From Nitrospirota bacterium (GTDB lineage Bacteria > Nitrospirota > UBA9217): a DNA stretch of 64,000 nt. A program made the translations under genes and the position numbers. The DNA lies in the NCBI GenBank assembly GCA_963790205.1, contig CAWBNQ010000001.1, positions 800,001-864,000 of the forward strand, in the 5' to 3' direction. The notes under the pieces are model-generated. The model saw nothing but the letters and a program-made list of their open reading frames with translations, had not been told where the DNA came from and made no database searches. Below, one piece after another: positions 50,301 through 59,891 of this stretch (position 1 is the first letter of the stretch; the number at the start of each line of letters is the position of its first letter).

Positions 50301-50455
50301 GCAAAAAGATCGTTGAAGACCACGGCGGCGTGATATCAATAGAGAGCAGGCAAGGGGACTGGCTCGAGGAGCGAAAAGGGACGACGGTAACGGTAAAGCT
50401 TCCGTATCGGGGGATGCCGCAAAGCGCCGATGTCCAAGCATCAAATAACAAATAA
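47356..50455 (+). CDS. Multi-sensor histidine kinase (periplasmic CxxCH, HAMP, GAF with Cys-rich insert, GAF, PAS, HisKA, HATPase); frameshift near 50022
   Basis: CNKCH, DEIQDL..SFN.M, AHEIRNPL; second frame has QVFLNL..NA, DTG.GI, FFTTK..GTGLGL; promoter TTGACC-17-TACTAT at 47318-47346. Confidence 0.85.
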
Positions 50456-50560
50456 ATTGCAAATGACACGCGCTCAACCGCAAGGCATTGGTCAATCGAG
50501 TTTTGATGATTTGGATAGTAATTGAAATCCGGGATCTGTAATTTGGGAATTTAAAATCAT

Positions 50561-51913
50561 ATGCCGAGTATTCTTATCATAGACGATGACCAGGCCATCA
50601 CCGAGATGCTGGTTCATTACTTTACCGCCAAACGTTGGGCCGCGGCGGGCGCCGAACGGGGCGAGCAGGGAAGAGAGCTCGCCGAGAAATGTTCGCCGGA
50701 CGTGATCCTCCTGGACGTGAAGCTGCCCGACATGGACGGGATCGAGGTCCTGAAGAAGCTCAAGGCCCAGGGAAGCACCGCCGCGATCGTCATCATGACC
50801 GGTGGGGGGTCCATTCCGAACGCCGTCGAAGCGATCAAGCTCGGCGCCGAGCAATACCTTACCAAGCCCCTGGCGTTTGCCGAGCTGGACAGACTGATGG
50901 ACCGGATCCTCGAGACGAGAAAGCTCAGGATCGAAAACCTCTATTACCGTAACCGCATGGACCATCCCCTGGCAGGCACCTCGCAGGAAATCCAGAAGCT
51001 CCACCACCTGATCGACCTCATGGCGGAGAACGCCGACACGACCGCTTTGCTGCTCGGCGAGAGCGGCACGGGCAAAGAGCTGGTGGCCCGGGAGATCCAC
51101 CGTCGGAGCGTCCGGAACGAGCGGCCTTTTCTCGATATCAATTGCGCGGTCCTGTCCGAAACGCTGCTCGAGAGCGAAATTTTCGGCCACGAACGCGGCG
51201 CTTTCACGGATGCGCGCGAGCTCAAGCGGGGACTGCTTGAAGTGGCGGACGGCGGCACGGTCCTGCTCGACGAGATCGGCGAAATGCCGTACGCGGTGCA
51301 GCCCAAACTGCTTCGGGTCCTCGAAACCCGGAGCTTCCGGCGTGTCGGCGGGACGAGGGACATTCCCGTCAATGTGCGCATCATCGCCGCCACGAACCGC
51401 GACCTGGAAAAGGCCGTGGGGGGAGGGCGCTTCCGGGAAGACCTCTACTACCGCCTGCATGTTTTTCCCATCCAGCTCCCGCCGCTGCGGCAGCGGCCGT
51501 CGGACATCCCGGCGCTGACTGCGTATTTTCTGGACCTGTTCAATGCTACCCTGAAGAAAGCCATGACGGGATTCACGCCGCGGGCCATGGAACTCATGGG
51601 ACGGTATTCGTGGCCGGGCAATGTGCGCGAGTTGAAGAACATCGTGGAGCGCGCGATGGTACTGTCGAGGAACGCGGTGATCGACATCGACATGCTCCCG
51701 CGGGAAATTGTGGGACTGCGGTATGACGGGGAAGAACCAATGCGCGAGCCTCAGGCCGGCAATGCTCATAAAAAAACACTGGGCGATATCGAGCGGGAGC
51801 ATATTCTGGACGTGCTTCGCGCCGAAGGAAGCAATCGGACCGCGGCGGCCAGGGTCCTCGGGATTTCCCGCTCCACGCTCCAGGATAAACTCAAGAAATA
51901 CGGAGTAACCTAG
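50561..51913 (+). CDS. sigma54-dependent response regulator (NtrC family)
   Basis: REC domain, GESGTGKE, GAFTDA, DEIGE, WPGNVREL, Fis HTH. Confidence 0.95.
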   Translation: MPSILIIDDDQAITEMLVHYFTAKRWAAAGAERGEQGRELAEKCSPDVILLDVKLPDMDGIEVLKKLKAQGSTAAIVIMTGGGSIPNAVEAIKLGAEQYLTKPLAFAELDRLMDRILETRKLRIENLYYRNRMDHPLAGTSQEIQKLHHLIDLMAENADTTALLLGESGTGKELVAREIHRRSVRNERPFLDINCAVLSETLLESEIFGHERGAFTDARELKRGLLEVADGGTVLLDEIGEMPYAVQPKLLRVLETRSFRRVGGTRDIPVNVRIIAATNRDLEKAVGGGRFREDLYYRLHVFPIQLPPLRQRPSDIPALTAYFLDLFNATLKKAMTGFTPRAMELMGRYSWPGNVRELKNIVERAMVLSRNAVIDIDMLPREIVGLRYDGEEPMREPQAGNAHKKTLGDIEREHILDVLRAEGSNRTAAARVLGISRSTLQDKLKKYGVT

Positions 51914-52064
51914 CCGGCGGCAGGCCCGGCCCTCTGAATAAACAGAATGCGCACTTCTCGTCCAACGCCTGCTCCAGCCGGACATTTTTCTTGATTTTTT
52001 CCCGCGTTCATACGATAATGACCCTCTTGATGCAACTACTGACAATTTTGAGGAGGTTTGATAC

Positions 52065-52718
52065 ATGAGGATCATCTTACTAGGCGCGCCGGGCGCGGGC
52101 AAAGGCACGGTGGCAAAACTGTTGACGAAGCTGGACGGGTCGGTTCAGATCTCGACCGGAGATATCCTCCGCGGCGCGGTCAAGGCGGGCACGCCGCTCG
52201 GCAAAGAAGCGCAGGGTTACATGGACCGGGGCGATCTGGTCCCTGATTCGCTGATCATGGGCATCATGGAGAACAGGCTCCAGGAGAAGGACTGCCAGAA
52301 GGGCTTCCTGCTCGACGGGTTTCCGCGCACGATCCCGCAGGCGGACGAACTGGGCAAGATGCTCCAGAAACTGAACATCAAGCTCGATCTCGTGGCGAAC
52401 ATTGATGTTCCACGCGACGTGATCCTCGACCGTCTCACGACCCGAAGAACCTGTTCCAACACATCGTGCCAGGAGATCTATAACATCAAGAGCAATCCTC
52501 CGGCGCCCGGAGACAAGTGCAAGAAGTGCGGCAGCCCCACGATCCAGCGCGCGGACGAGACCGTGGAGGCCATCTCCAAACGGCTTGATACCTACAATGA
52601 AAAGACCGCGCCGCTCATCGGTTACTACGAGAGGAAAGGCATGCTCCTCACCATCCGCGAAGCCGGCAGCGACGGCGTCGTGAATGCGATCAAGAAGGGG
52701 ATTGCGGCGAAGAAGTAG
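52065..52718 (+). CDS. adk: Adenylate kinase (Cys-containing lid)
   Basis: GAPGAGKGT, STGDILR, LDGFPRT; lid CSNTSC...CKKC. Confidence 0.96.
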   Translation: MRIILLGAPGAGKGTVAKLLTKLDGSVQISTGDILRGAVKAGTPLGKEAQGYMDRGDLVPDSLIMGIMENRLQEKDCQKGFLLDGFPRTIPQADELGKMLQKLNIKLDLVANIDVPRDVILDRLTTRRTCSNTSCQEIYNIKSNPPAPGDKCKKCGSPTIQRADETVEAISKRLDTYNEKTAPLIGYYERKGMLLTIREAGSDGVVNAIKKGIAAKK

Positions 52719-52733
52719 GAAGTCCTAAAAGAC

Positions 52734-52763
52734 AGGGCGGGATGATGCAATCCCGCCCTTTTT
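52734..52763 (+). terminator. Intrinsic terminator after adk
   Basis: AGGGCGGGAT/ATCCCGCCCT plus T tract. Confidence 0.85.
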
Positions 52764-52825
52764 CTACATCACGTCAATCACAAAAAAAGTGTTTTATGCT
52801 ATAGTTGCCGGTCAATAAAATTTCT

Positions 52826-53218
52826 ATGTTCAATCTCTCCGACAAGTCCATACTCGTTACCGATGATTCGTCGATCATGCGAATGTTCCTCGTGATGAGC
52901 TTGAAGCGTATGCTTACGGTCAATATTACGGAAGCAGTGAACGGGATCGACGCACTGGCGAAATTGAAGAGCGGCAAGTTCGATCTTCTCCTGACCGACA
53001 TGAACATGCCGGAAATGAACGGCGCCGAGTTGATCCGGTGCGTGCGCATCGGCATGAACAGCGACATCCCGATTGTGGTCATTACGACCATGGGAGAGAT
53101 AAAGGACCGGGAAGTCGGCATGTCGCTCGGCGCGAGCGGTTATCTTACCAAGCCGGTTAATCAGGCAGAGCTCATCAAGACGGTCTTAAAGCTTTTGGGA
53201 GGATATAACCTGTCGTGA
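52826..53218 (+). CDS. Single-domain response regulator (CheY-like)
   Basis: VTDDS, TDMNMP.MNG, ITT, YLTKP. Confidence 0.88.
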   Translation: MFNLSDKSILVTDDSSIMRMFLVMSLKRMLTVNITEAVNGIDALAKLKSGKFDLLLTDMNMPEMNGAELIRCVRIGMNSDIPIVVITTMGEIKDREVGMSLGASGYLTKPVNQAELIKTVLKLLGGYNLS

Positions 53219-53262
53219 GATTTAATTAAGAAGATTAACAAAATTCGGATGTTTGTATACAT

Positions 53263-53295
53263 AAGGCAGGATGGGTTTAATCATCCTGCCTTTTT
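53263..53295 (+). terminator. Intrinsic terminator
   Basis: AAGGCAGGATG/CATCCTGCCTT plus T tract. Confidence 0.8.
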
Positions 53296-53297
53296 CG

Positions 53298-53326
53298 TTG
53301 ACATCATCGAACAGCTCCCCTATACT
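53298..53326 (+). promoter_or_regulatory. Near-consensus sigma70 promoter driving the defence island
   Basis: TTGACA-17-TATACT. Confidence 0.75.
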
Positions 53327-53352
53327 CGCGAGTAATACGAAAAAAACTACTC

Positions 53353-53580
53353 ATGTCGCTAATTCCGCATTCAGGGCTGCAAATGACAAACCATAGCACA
53401 TGTCATCCCGAAGCCTTCTCCCGGGTCCTCATTGACCGTACCCTTTCCGATAGCGGCTGGGGGGATCTGCTGAGTTCCAAACAAGCCCCGTTCGAGTGTC
53501 ATGCGCTTAATGGACGCAATGTAGTGTCTATCTCGCCTAGAAACATCTACCAGGGCCATAAGGATAAGGGAATTAAATGA
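53353..53580 (+). pseudogene. Probable N-terminal remnant of a type I restriction subunit (hsdR)
   Basis: EAFSRVLIDRTLSDSGW resembles the E..R..ID..L...GW start of EcoAI-type HsdR; no helicase follows. Confidence 0.45.
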
Positions 53581-55688
53581 CACAAGAAGATATCATCCAA
53601 GCTACGCTCAAAGACAGTAGTTATCATCTTTCTCTTTTTTCCAAAGAGGAAATTGACGCGCTACGCACAAAAATTATCATCAAGGAATTAAAGGGCAAAA
53701 AAACGCCTTATGTCACGTGCATTGTTCGTGATAAGGATATTCAGCTTAAGCCGGAGGAAATCGTCCGCCAGCTTTATGCAGCAAGACTGATCGGCCAATA
53801 TGAGTATCCCAAAAAACGGCTTACCTTTGAGTATTCCGTTACGTTTGGCAGGGAGCAGAAAAGCGCCGACATTGTAGTTTTTGATAAGGACCGACCTGAT
53901 ACGCCGTACATCATCGTCGAGCTGAAAAAGCCGAAACTGAAAGAAGGCAAAGACCAGCTGCGTTCCTATTGCAATGCGACCGGCGCGCCGATGAGTGTAT
54001 GGACCAATGGCGAAAAGATTTCACATTACCACCGCAAAGACCCCAACTATTTTGAAGACATCACCGATATTCCAAAGGCAAGCCAAAGCCTTACGGACAT
54101 ACTCAGCGAGCGCTTTACCCTGAAAGATCTTATCATCAAAGATAAGCTCGCCAACGAACGGAAGTCCTTAAAGGACATCATTCTGGAAATGGAAGACGAA
54201 GTGCTGGCAAATGCCGGTGTGGACGTCTTTGAAGAGGTTTTTAAGCTCATTTTCACGAAGCTCTACGATGAATACCTGAGCCAGAAAGACAAAGGGATCC
54301 TTAATTATTTTTTGAAACAAGTTACTAAAACCGCAGTTGCTGAATCTGTCCCGAAATATGGCGAGAAACCCGGCTATCTTGATGGCTCCGATTATGATGC
54401 TTTAAAGGCTGCTGTAAGCGGAATCTCTGATGAAGGTTTCAGAGTGATGGAGTTCAGGAACTCCGGCCAGACAGATACGGAACTGAAAAACAAGATTCAG
54501 GGCTTGTTTGATAAAGCCAAGAATCAATGGACAGGTGTATTTCCCGAGGGTGCCGCTTTTGATTTGTCCGACAGCCACTTGGCGGTCTGCGTATCCAGCC
54601 TGCAGGACGTAAAACTCTTCAACTCCAATCTTCTGGTTGTAGACGAGGCTTTCGAATATCTGGTGAATAAATCCGCCAAAGGCGAGAAGGGGCAATACTT
54701 TACACCGCGCCATGTCATTGATATGTGCGTGCAGATGCTAAACCCCAAACGGGGCGAGTATATGATCGACACTGCTTCCGGCAGTTGCGGATTTCCAGTC
54801 CACACCATCTTCAAGCTCACAGGCCATCTTTTCACCAATGAGGAAATCCCGGAACAGGACAAAGAGTATGTGCTAAGAGTTTTCGGTATTGACTTTGACG
54901 AAAAGACCGTGCGTGTAGCACGCACCTTGAATCTCATCGCCGGGGATGGAGAAACCAATGTCCTGCATTTGAACACGTTGGATTATGACCGTTGGAGCGA
55001 CAAAACCGAAAAGGACCCAAAGTGGATTAACACCTATGGCAAGGGGTTTGAACGGCTAAAGAAGCTGGCCGTTGATAAAGGCAGCAATAAACAATTCTGC
55101 TTTGATCTGCTTATGGCCAATCCGCCCTTTGCCGGGGACATCAAAGAGAGCCGCATTCTGCATCAGTACGAACTCGGCTTTAATTCCAATCACAAAGCAC
55201 AATCCAAAGTCGGTCGAGATATTTTGTTTATCGAGCGGAATCTCGACTTTCTCAAGCCAGGCGGCCGCATGGCGATCGTTCTGCCGCAAGGCCGATATAA
55301 CAACACAACGGATAAGCCTATTCGTGACTTTATTGCCCAACATGGACGCATTCTGGCAGTTGTCGGTCTGCATGGCAATACCTTCAAACCGCACACCGGT
55401 ACGAAGACGAGTGTTCTGTTTGTACAGAAGTGGGACGATAAGCTTTGTCCGAAAGTCGATGACTATCCCATCTACTTTGCGGTCAGCGAAAAAGGCGGCA
55501 AGGACAATTCTGGAGATTACATTTTTGTCAAAAACGGCAATGGTCAGTATAAGCTCGATAAAAACGGCCACCTTATCGTTGACCATGATCTGCATAACCA
55601 TAATGGTGAACTGCCTGACGGTATTGCAGAGGCGTTCGTGAAATTCGCCAAGACGGAAAAGTTCTCGTTCTGGGCTGGAGATAAATAA
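53577..55688 (+). CDS. Restriction-modification fusion: HsdR_N-like PD-(D/E)xK nuclease plus N6-adenine methyltransferase
   Basis: PEEIVRQ, ADIVV...VELK; GQYFTPR, DTASGSCGF (motif I), NPPF (motif IV). Confidence 0.9.
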   Translation: MTQEDIIQATLKDSSYHLSLFSKEEIDALRTKIIIKELKGKKTPYVTCIVRDKDIQLKPEEIVRQLYAARLIGQYEYPKKRLTFEYSVTFGREQKSADIVVFDKDRPDTPYIIVELKKPKLKEGKDQLRSYCNATGAPMSVWTNGEKISHYHRKDPNYFEDITDIPKASQSLTDILSERFTLKDLIIKDKLANERKSLKDIILEMEDEVLANAGVDVFEEVFKLIFTKLYDEYLSQKDKGILNYFLKQVTKTAVAESVPKYGEKPGYLDGSDYDALKAAVSGISDEGFRVMEFRNSGQTDTELKNKIQGLFDKAKNQWTGVFPEGAAFDLSDSHLAVCVSSLQDVKLFNSNLLVVDEAFEYLVNKSAKGEKGQYFTPRHVIDMCVQMLNPKRGEYMIDTASGSCGFPVHTIFKLTGHLFTNEEIPEQDKEYVLRVFGIDFDEKTVRVARTLNLIAGDGETNVLHLNTLDYDRWSDKTEKDPKWINTYGKGFERLKKLAVDKGSNKQFCFDLLMANPPFAGDIKESRILHQYELGFNSNHKAQSKVGRDILFIERNLDFLKPGGRMAIVLPQGRYNNTTDKPIRDFIAQHGRILAVVGLHGNTFKPHTGTKTSVLFVQKWDDKLCPKVDDYPIYFAVSEKGGKDNSGDYIFVKNGNGQYKLDKNGHLIVDHDLHNHNGELPDGIAEAFVKFAKTEKFSFWAGDK

Positions 55689-57094
55689 TGCAAGTAACGG
55701 TTGCAAAATTCTCAGAGGCCGAGAGAAACGAGAGAATCGATGCACAATTTTTCAAGCCTGAGTATGTAGATAGCTACAATAAAGTAATTACTGGGCGATA
55801 TGCGCTATTAAAAGACATTGCCCACATCACGGATGGTAATCACCTCAAAATAGCGGAAGATTTTGATGCGGTAGAAGGTGTTCGGTACTTACGAGGTCAG
55901 GATTTAGGTGCTGACATGATGCTTAACGACAGAAATGTCGTTTATATTCCAGAAACAGTCTATGACACGCTTAAACGATCCCATATTTACAAAAACGATG
56001 TGCTGATAACGATAGTCGGAGCGAATACGGGACTGGTGGGACTCGTTTACTCTCCCCCTCCGAAACTTGTCGCTAATTGCAAGCTGGGGATAGCGAGAGC
56101 TTTTAAAGGGGAAATCTTATCAGGATATTTATACGCTTTTTTGACCAGCAGATATGGACAACATCAAATATTGCGTTCCATCCGTGGTGGAGGCCAGACG
56201 GGGCTTATATTGCCGGATATGAGGCGGCTGGTTATCACCCGCCGATCAGACGCGTTTGAAAACGCAGTAAACGATATTGTCTCGACCGGCCACAAAAAAA
56301 CTCTCGACTCAAAAGAAGCTTTTTTAAAAGCACGGGGCTTTCTTTTGTCAGCGTTAAGCCTTTTGAATTGGCAGCCGAAACACACGCTTGCCTTCGTTAA
56401 AAATTTTTCCGATACCAGCACCGCCGACCGCATTGATGCTGAATATTTTCAACCCAAATATGATGAAATCGTCAAAGCCATAAAAAGCTATCCGGGCGGC
56501 TGGGATGTGCTCGCTAATTTGGTTAAGTTGAAGGACAATAATTTTACCCCAGCAGGTGAAATTGAATATAAATATGTCGAGCTATCCAATATTTCCGGCA
56601 ATGGCGAAATTACGGATTGCATGCTTGAAAAAGGGAAGGACTTGCCGAGCAGGGCAAGAAGAAGAGTGTCGACTGGAGATGTAATTGTTTCCTCAATTGA
56701 GGGGTCGCTATCAAGTACTGCTCTGATAGAGAAGGAATATGATCAAGCCCTTTGTTCAACGGGATTTTATGTTGTCAACTCCAAGTTTTTCAATTCTGAA
56801 ACCTTGTTGGTCCTCTTGAAAAGCATGGTTGGTCAATTGCAGTTGAAGAAGGGATGCAGCGGTACGATATTGACCGCCATCAACAAAGAAGAACTCACCA
56901 AGATTGTTTTGCCTAAAGTCAATGAAACCATTCAGGCTCAAATCAAACAAAAAATCACCGAGTCTTTCGACTTGCGCAGACAGTCCAAGTATCTGCTGGA
57001 ATGTGCCAAGCGGGGAGTGGAGCTTGCCATAGAGCAGGATGAAGACACGGCAATCAAGTGGCTGCAAGAGCAAACGCATGCGAGGGTACCGTAA
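55688..57094 (+). CDS. Restriction-modification specificity subunit (HsdS-like, two TRDs)
   Basis: Duplicated RIDA(Q/E)(F/Y)F.P.Y; NDVLIT and GDVIVS TRD motifs; coupled to the MTase stop. Confidence 0.85.
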   Translation: MQVTVAKFSEAERNERIDAQFFKPEYVDSYNKVITGRYALLKDIAHITDGNHLKIAEDFDAVEGVRYLRGQDLGADMMLNDRNVVYIPETVYDTLKRSHIYKNDVLITIVGANTGLVGLVYSPPPKLVANCKLGIARAFKGEILSGYLYAFLTSRYGQHQILRSIRGGGQTGLILPDMRRLVITRRSDAFENAVNDIVSTGHKKTLDSKEAFLKARGFLLSALSLLNWQPKHTLAFVKNFSDTSTADRIDAEYFQPKYDEIVKAIKSYPGGWDVLANLVKLKDNNFTPAGEIEYKYVELSNISGNGEITDCMLEKGKDLPSRARRRVSTGDVIVSSIEGSLSSTALIEKEYDQALCSTGFYVVNSKFFNSETLLVLLKSMVGQLQLKKGCSGTILTAINKEELTKIVLPKVNETIQAQIKQKITESFDLRRQSKYLLECAKRGVELAIEQDEDTAIKWLQEQTHARVP

Positions 57095-57105
57095 GCGGGT
57101 CTCAC

Positions 57106-58002
57106 ATGACAGAATATTATAAGATCATTAACCTGCGTTTTGATAGCCCGGAAGTCATTGAGCAGCTCGGAAGTAAACCGAAGTTCTGGTTCCGTATGTC
57201 TGATGATGAACAGCCGTGGCTTTTCAAATATACCCGTGAAAATACGGGCGAGGATTGGTCGGAGAAGATCGCCTCCGAGTTGGCCCATCTTTTGGAAATC
57301 CCAGCGGCTCAGGTCGAGTTGGCTATGTTCATGGGCAAGCGCGGAAGCGCTTCCCGCTCATTTGTGCTTACGACACAGGGCTTTGACTTGATCCATGGAA
57401 GCGAAGTACTTTCGGGCCGCGTGCTTGATTACGAAAAATCGAAGCAATGGCACCAGAGCCAACATTGCATCAAGAACATTATTACGGCAGTGGAATTAAC
57501 ATTCACACCGAGACAACGAATTCAGCAACTGCGAACACTCGCCGGTTTCATTGTTTTGGATGCCATAATCTGCAATACCGATCGGCACCACGATAACTGG
57601 GGTTTGCTGCACGGCCCATTTGGACGTGGAAAGGCAAGGCATCAGGTTGCCCCATCGTTTGACCACGCCTCTTCTTTGGGACGAGAACTCGGGGATGAAC
57701 GTCGTAAGGCAATGCTTGTCTCCAACGGGATTGAAAAGTATGTAATGAAAGGACGTGGCGGTATCTTTTGGGAAGATAGTGATGAGAAGGGCGAAAACCC
57801 GCTATTGTTGGCTATGAAAGCGGCAAAGGCTTATCCGACGTACTTTGCTCCCTGGCTGCAAAAGGTGAATAGGCTTGATTCCGTAGATATGGCTGGAATT
57901 ATCGAGCGCATTCCGGTACAATATATAAGTAGCGAAGCAAAAGAGTTTTGTCTCGGTCTCATGACCTATACTATTGCAAAACTAAAAGAGGCAACCCTAT
58001 GA
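57106..58002 (+). CDS. HipA/CtkA-like Ser/Thr kinase
   Basis: GSKPKFW, LFK, GEDWSE, NTDRHHDNW, APSFDHASSLG. Confidence 0.85.
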   Translation: MTEYYKIINLRFDSPEVIEQLGSKPKFWFRMSDDEQPWLFKYTRENTGEDWSEKIASELAHLLEIPAAQVELAMFMGKRGSASRSFVLTTQGFDLIHGSEVLSGRVLDYEKSKQWHQSQHCIKNIITAVELTFTPRQRIQQLRTLAGFIVLDAIICNTDRHHDNWGLLHGPFGRGKARHQVAPSFDHASSLGRELGDERRKAMLVSNGIEKYVMKGRGGIFWEDSDEKGENPLLLAMKAAKAYPTYFAPWLQKVNRLDSVDMAGIIERIPVQYISSEAKEFCLGLMTYTIAKLKEATL

Positions 58003-58757
58003 AAACACTTTTCCTTGCATGGCAGGATAAGACGTCAACCCGTGCATGGTATCCCATCGGGCGGCTCGATGCGGATGTCAAAAAAAATCACTTTCAATTC
58101 CGTTATACGCAGGGCGCGGAAATGGCCCATAAGAAAGCAGGGTTGGAGCCACTCGATGCCTTTCCCGATTTTCATAAGATTTATGAATCTGCTGATCTCT
58201 TTCCGCTGTTCCGCAATCGTATTTTAGGCGAAGGCCGGGAGGATTTTCAGGAGTACTTAAAGCAACTTGACCTGAGTCCGGGACATGCCGATCCGTTGGA
58301 AATTTTGGCGCTAACCGGCGGGGAACGACAGACCGACAATCTGGAAGTGTTTCCAAAAATCGAACGCAGCAAAAGCGGTGGGTTCAATTGCCGTTTTTTC
58401 CTGCATGGCTGGCGTCATGTCAATGAGCCGGCGCAAAAAAAGCTGATTGAACTAAAAGGGGGTGAACATCTGCGGGTGGCTGTTGAGTTGAACAATCCGG
58501 CAACCGTTCTCGCGTTACAACTGCAAACCCCCGACGATTATCATATGATCGGGTGGGCGCCGCGTTATTTGGTAAAGGACTTGTTTCAGGCAATTTGCGA
58601 AGCGCCTAACGATCTTACCGCTACTGTTGTGAAGGTTAATCTTTCGCCTGCTCCCGCGAAGCAGCGGGTGCTCATTGAGATCAAGGGGCGTTGGTTGGAA
58701 GATTATGAACCAATGTCAACTCAGGAATTTCAGCCCTTGATGGCAGTTGCTGCATAA
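57999..58757 (+). CDS. HIRAN-domain protein with HipS-like N-terminal domain
   Basis: LAWQD...PIGRL...FQFRY...LFPLF.NRI; C-terminal FFLHG.RH...E.NNP...A...IGWAPRY; ATGA-coupled to the kinase. Confidence 0.75.
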   Translation: MKTLFLAWQDKTSTRAWYPIGRLDADVKKNHFQFRYTQGAEMAHKKAGLEPLDAFPDFHKIYESADLFPLFRNRILGEGREDFQEYLKQLDLSPGHADPLEILALTGGERQTDNLEVFPKIERSKSGGFNCRFFLHGWRHVNEPAQKKLIELKGGEHLRVAVELNNPATVLALQLQTPDDYHMIGWAPRYLVKDLFQAICEAPNDLTATVVKVNLSPAPAKQRVLIEIKGRWLEDYEPMSTQEFQPLMAVAA

Positions 58758-58790
58758 GTTCACGACCTAAATATTGAACTGAAAATTTAT

Positions 58791-58830
58791 AAAGCCCGGC
58801 AATTTTGAAACTGTCGGGCTTTCATTTTTT
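58791..58830. terminator. Terminator between the defence island and hisF
   Basis: AAAGCCCGGCA/TGTCGGGCTTT stem. Confidence 0.75.
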
Positions 58831-58910
58831 AGACACAATGACAAATTGATTGATCTTCGGACTTTTCTACATTTTCTTTTAGCGACCGGTTGAACTCCCG
58901 CGACGAAGTA

Positions 58911-59768
58911 TTATAACCTCACCGGTACGCCGCGTTCCCTCAAGTATTCCTTCGCCTGCCTGATGGTGTATTCCCTGAAGTGAAAGATCGAGGCCGCGAG
59001 CGCGGCATCGGCCTTGCCCTTGGTAAATCCCTCATAGATGTGCTCAAGATTTCCAACGCCGCCTGAAGCGATGACCGGGACCGAGACCGCCTCGGCCACT
59101 GCGCGCGTGAGCGCAAGGTCATAACCGTTCTTCTGGCCGTCCTGGTCCATGCTCGTGAGCAGGATCTCTCCCGCGCCGTACTCCTCCATCATTCGCGCCC
59201 AGGCCACGGCATCGATGCCCATGGGCTTTCTGCCGCCGTGGGTGTATACTTCCCACTTCAGTTCGGAGTTCAGGGTTCGGAGTTCGGAGTTCGAAAGGAA
59301 TAGAACTTTATACTTTGGGTCATCTGCCCATTTGAGGGGCGGCTTGAAGTCAGGGTCATGAGCCACGACCTGCTTGGCGTCGATGGCGACGACGATGCAC
59401 TGGCTGCCGAAGCGCATGCTTGCGGCCTTGATGAATTCCGGGTCATGGACTGCGGTCGTGTTGATGGAGACCTTGTCGCAGCCCGCGAGGAGAAGGTTTC
59501 TGATGTCGTCAAGGTTTTTGATGCCCCCGCCGACCGTGAGCGGCATGAATACCTGCTCGGCGGTCCGGCGCACGATATCGAGAATGATGCCGCGCTCTTC
59601 GTGCGACGCGGTGATGTCCAAAAACGTGAGCTCGTCAGCGCCCTGCTCGTCGTAGACCTTCGCGATCTCGACGGGGTCGCCGGCATCCCTGAGGTTTACG
59701 AAGCTTACGCCTTTTACGACCCGTCCTGCTTTTACGTCGAGGCAGGGGATGATGCGTTTAGTTAACAT
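58911..59768 (-). CDS. hisF: Imidazole glycerol phosphate synthase cyclase subunit (with about 30-aa insertion)
   Basis: [36 protein letters not shown]. Confidence 0.96.
   Translation of the reverse strand: MLTKRIIPCLDVKAGRVVKGVSFVNLRDAGDPVEIAKVYDEQGADELTFLDITASHEERGIILDIVRRTAEQVFMPLTVGGGIKNLDDIRNLLLAGCDKVSINTTAVHDPEFIKAASMRFGSQCIVVAIDAKQVVAHDPDFKPPLKWADDPKYKVLFLSNSELRTLNSELKWEVYTHGGRKPMGIDAVAWARMMEEYGAGEILLTSMDQDGQKNGYDLALTRAVAEAVSVPVIASGGVGNLEHIYEGFTKGKADAALAASIFHFREYTIRQAKEYLRERGVPVRL
59260..59294. repeat. 5x heptamer tandem repeat (AGTTCGG) inside hisF
   Basis: AGTTCGG AGTTCAG GGTTCGG AGTTCGG AGTTCGA, translated as [11 protein letters not shown]. Confidence 0.8.
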
Positions 59769-59800
59769 ATCTTACTTAACTCCAAAAGCCAAAAAGATAT

Positions 59801-59879
59801 CTCTCGCGGAGGCGCGGAGAACGTAGCGAAAAATTAAATATGAATGCATTGCTCGGTGAGCTCTGCGCCTCTGCGAGGA
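59801..59879. repeat. REP-like inverted repeat
   Basis: CTCGCGGAGGCGCGGAG ... CTCTGCGCCTCTGCGAG. Confidence 0.7.
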
Positions 59880-59891
59880 AATGATTTGGTC

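Noticed and set aside
53298..58830. Prophage or integrative element
   Set aside because: No integrase, tRNA, att-like direct repeats or phage genes seen around the island
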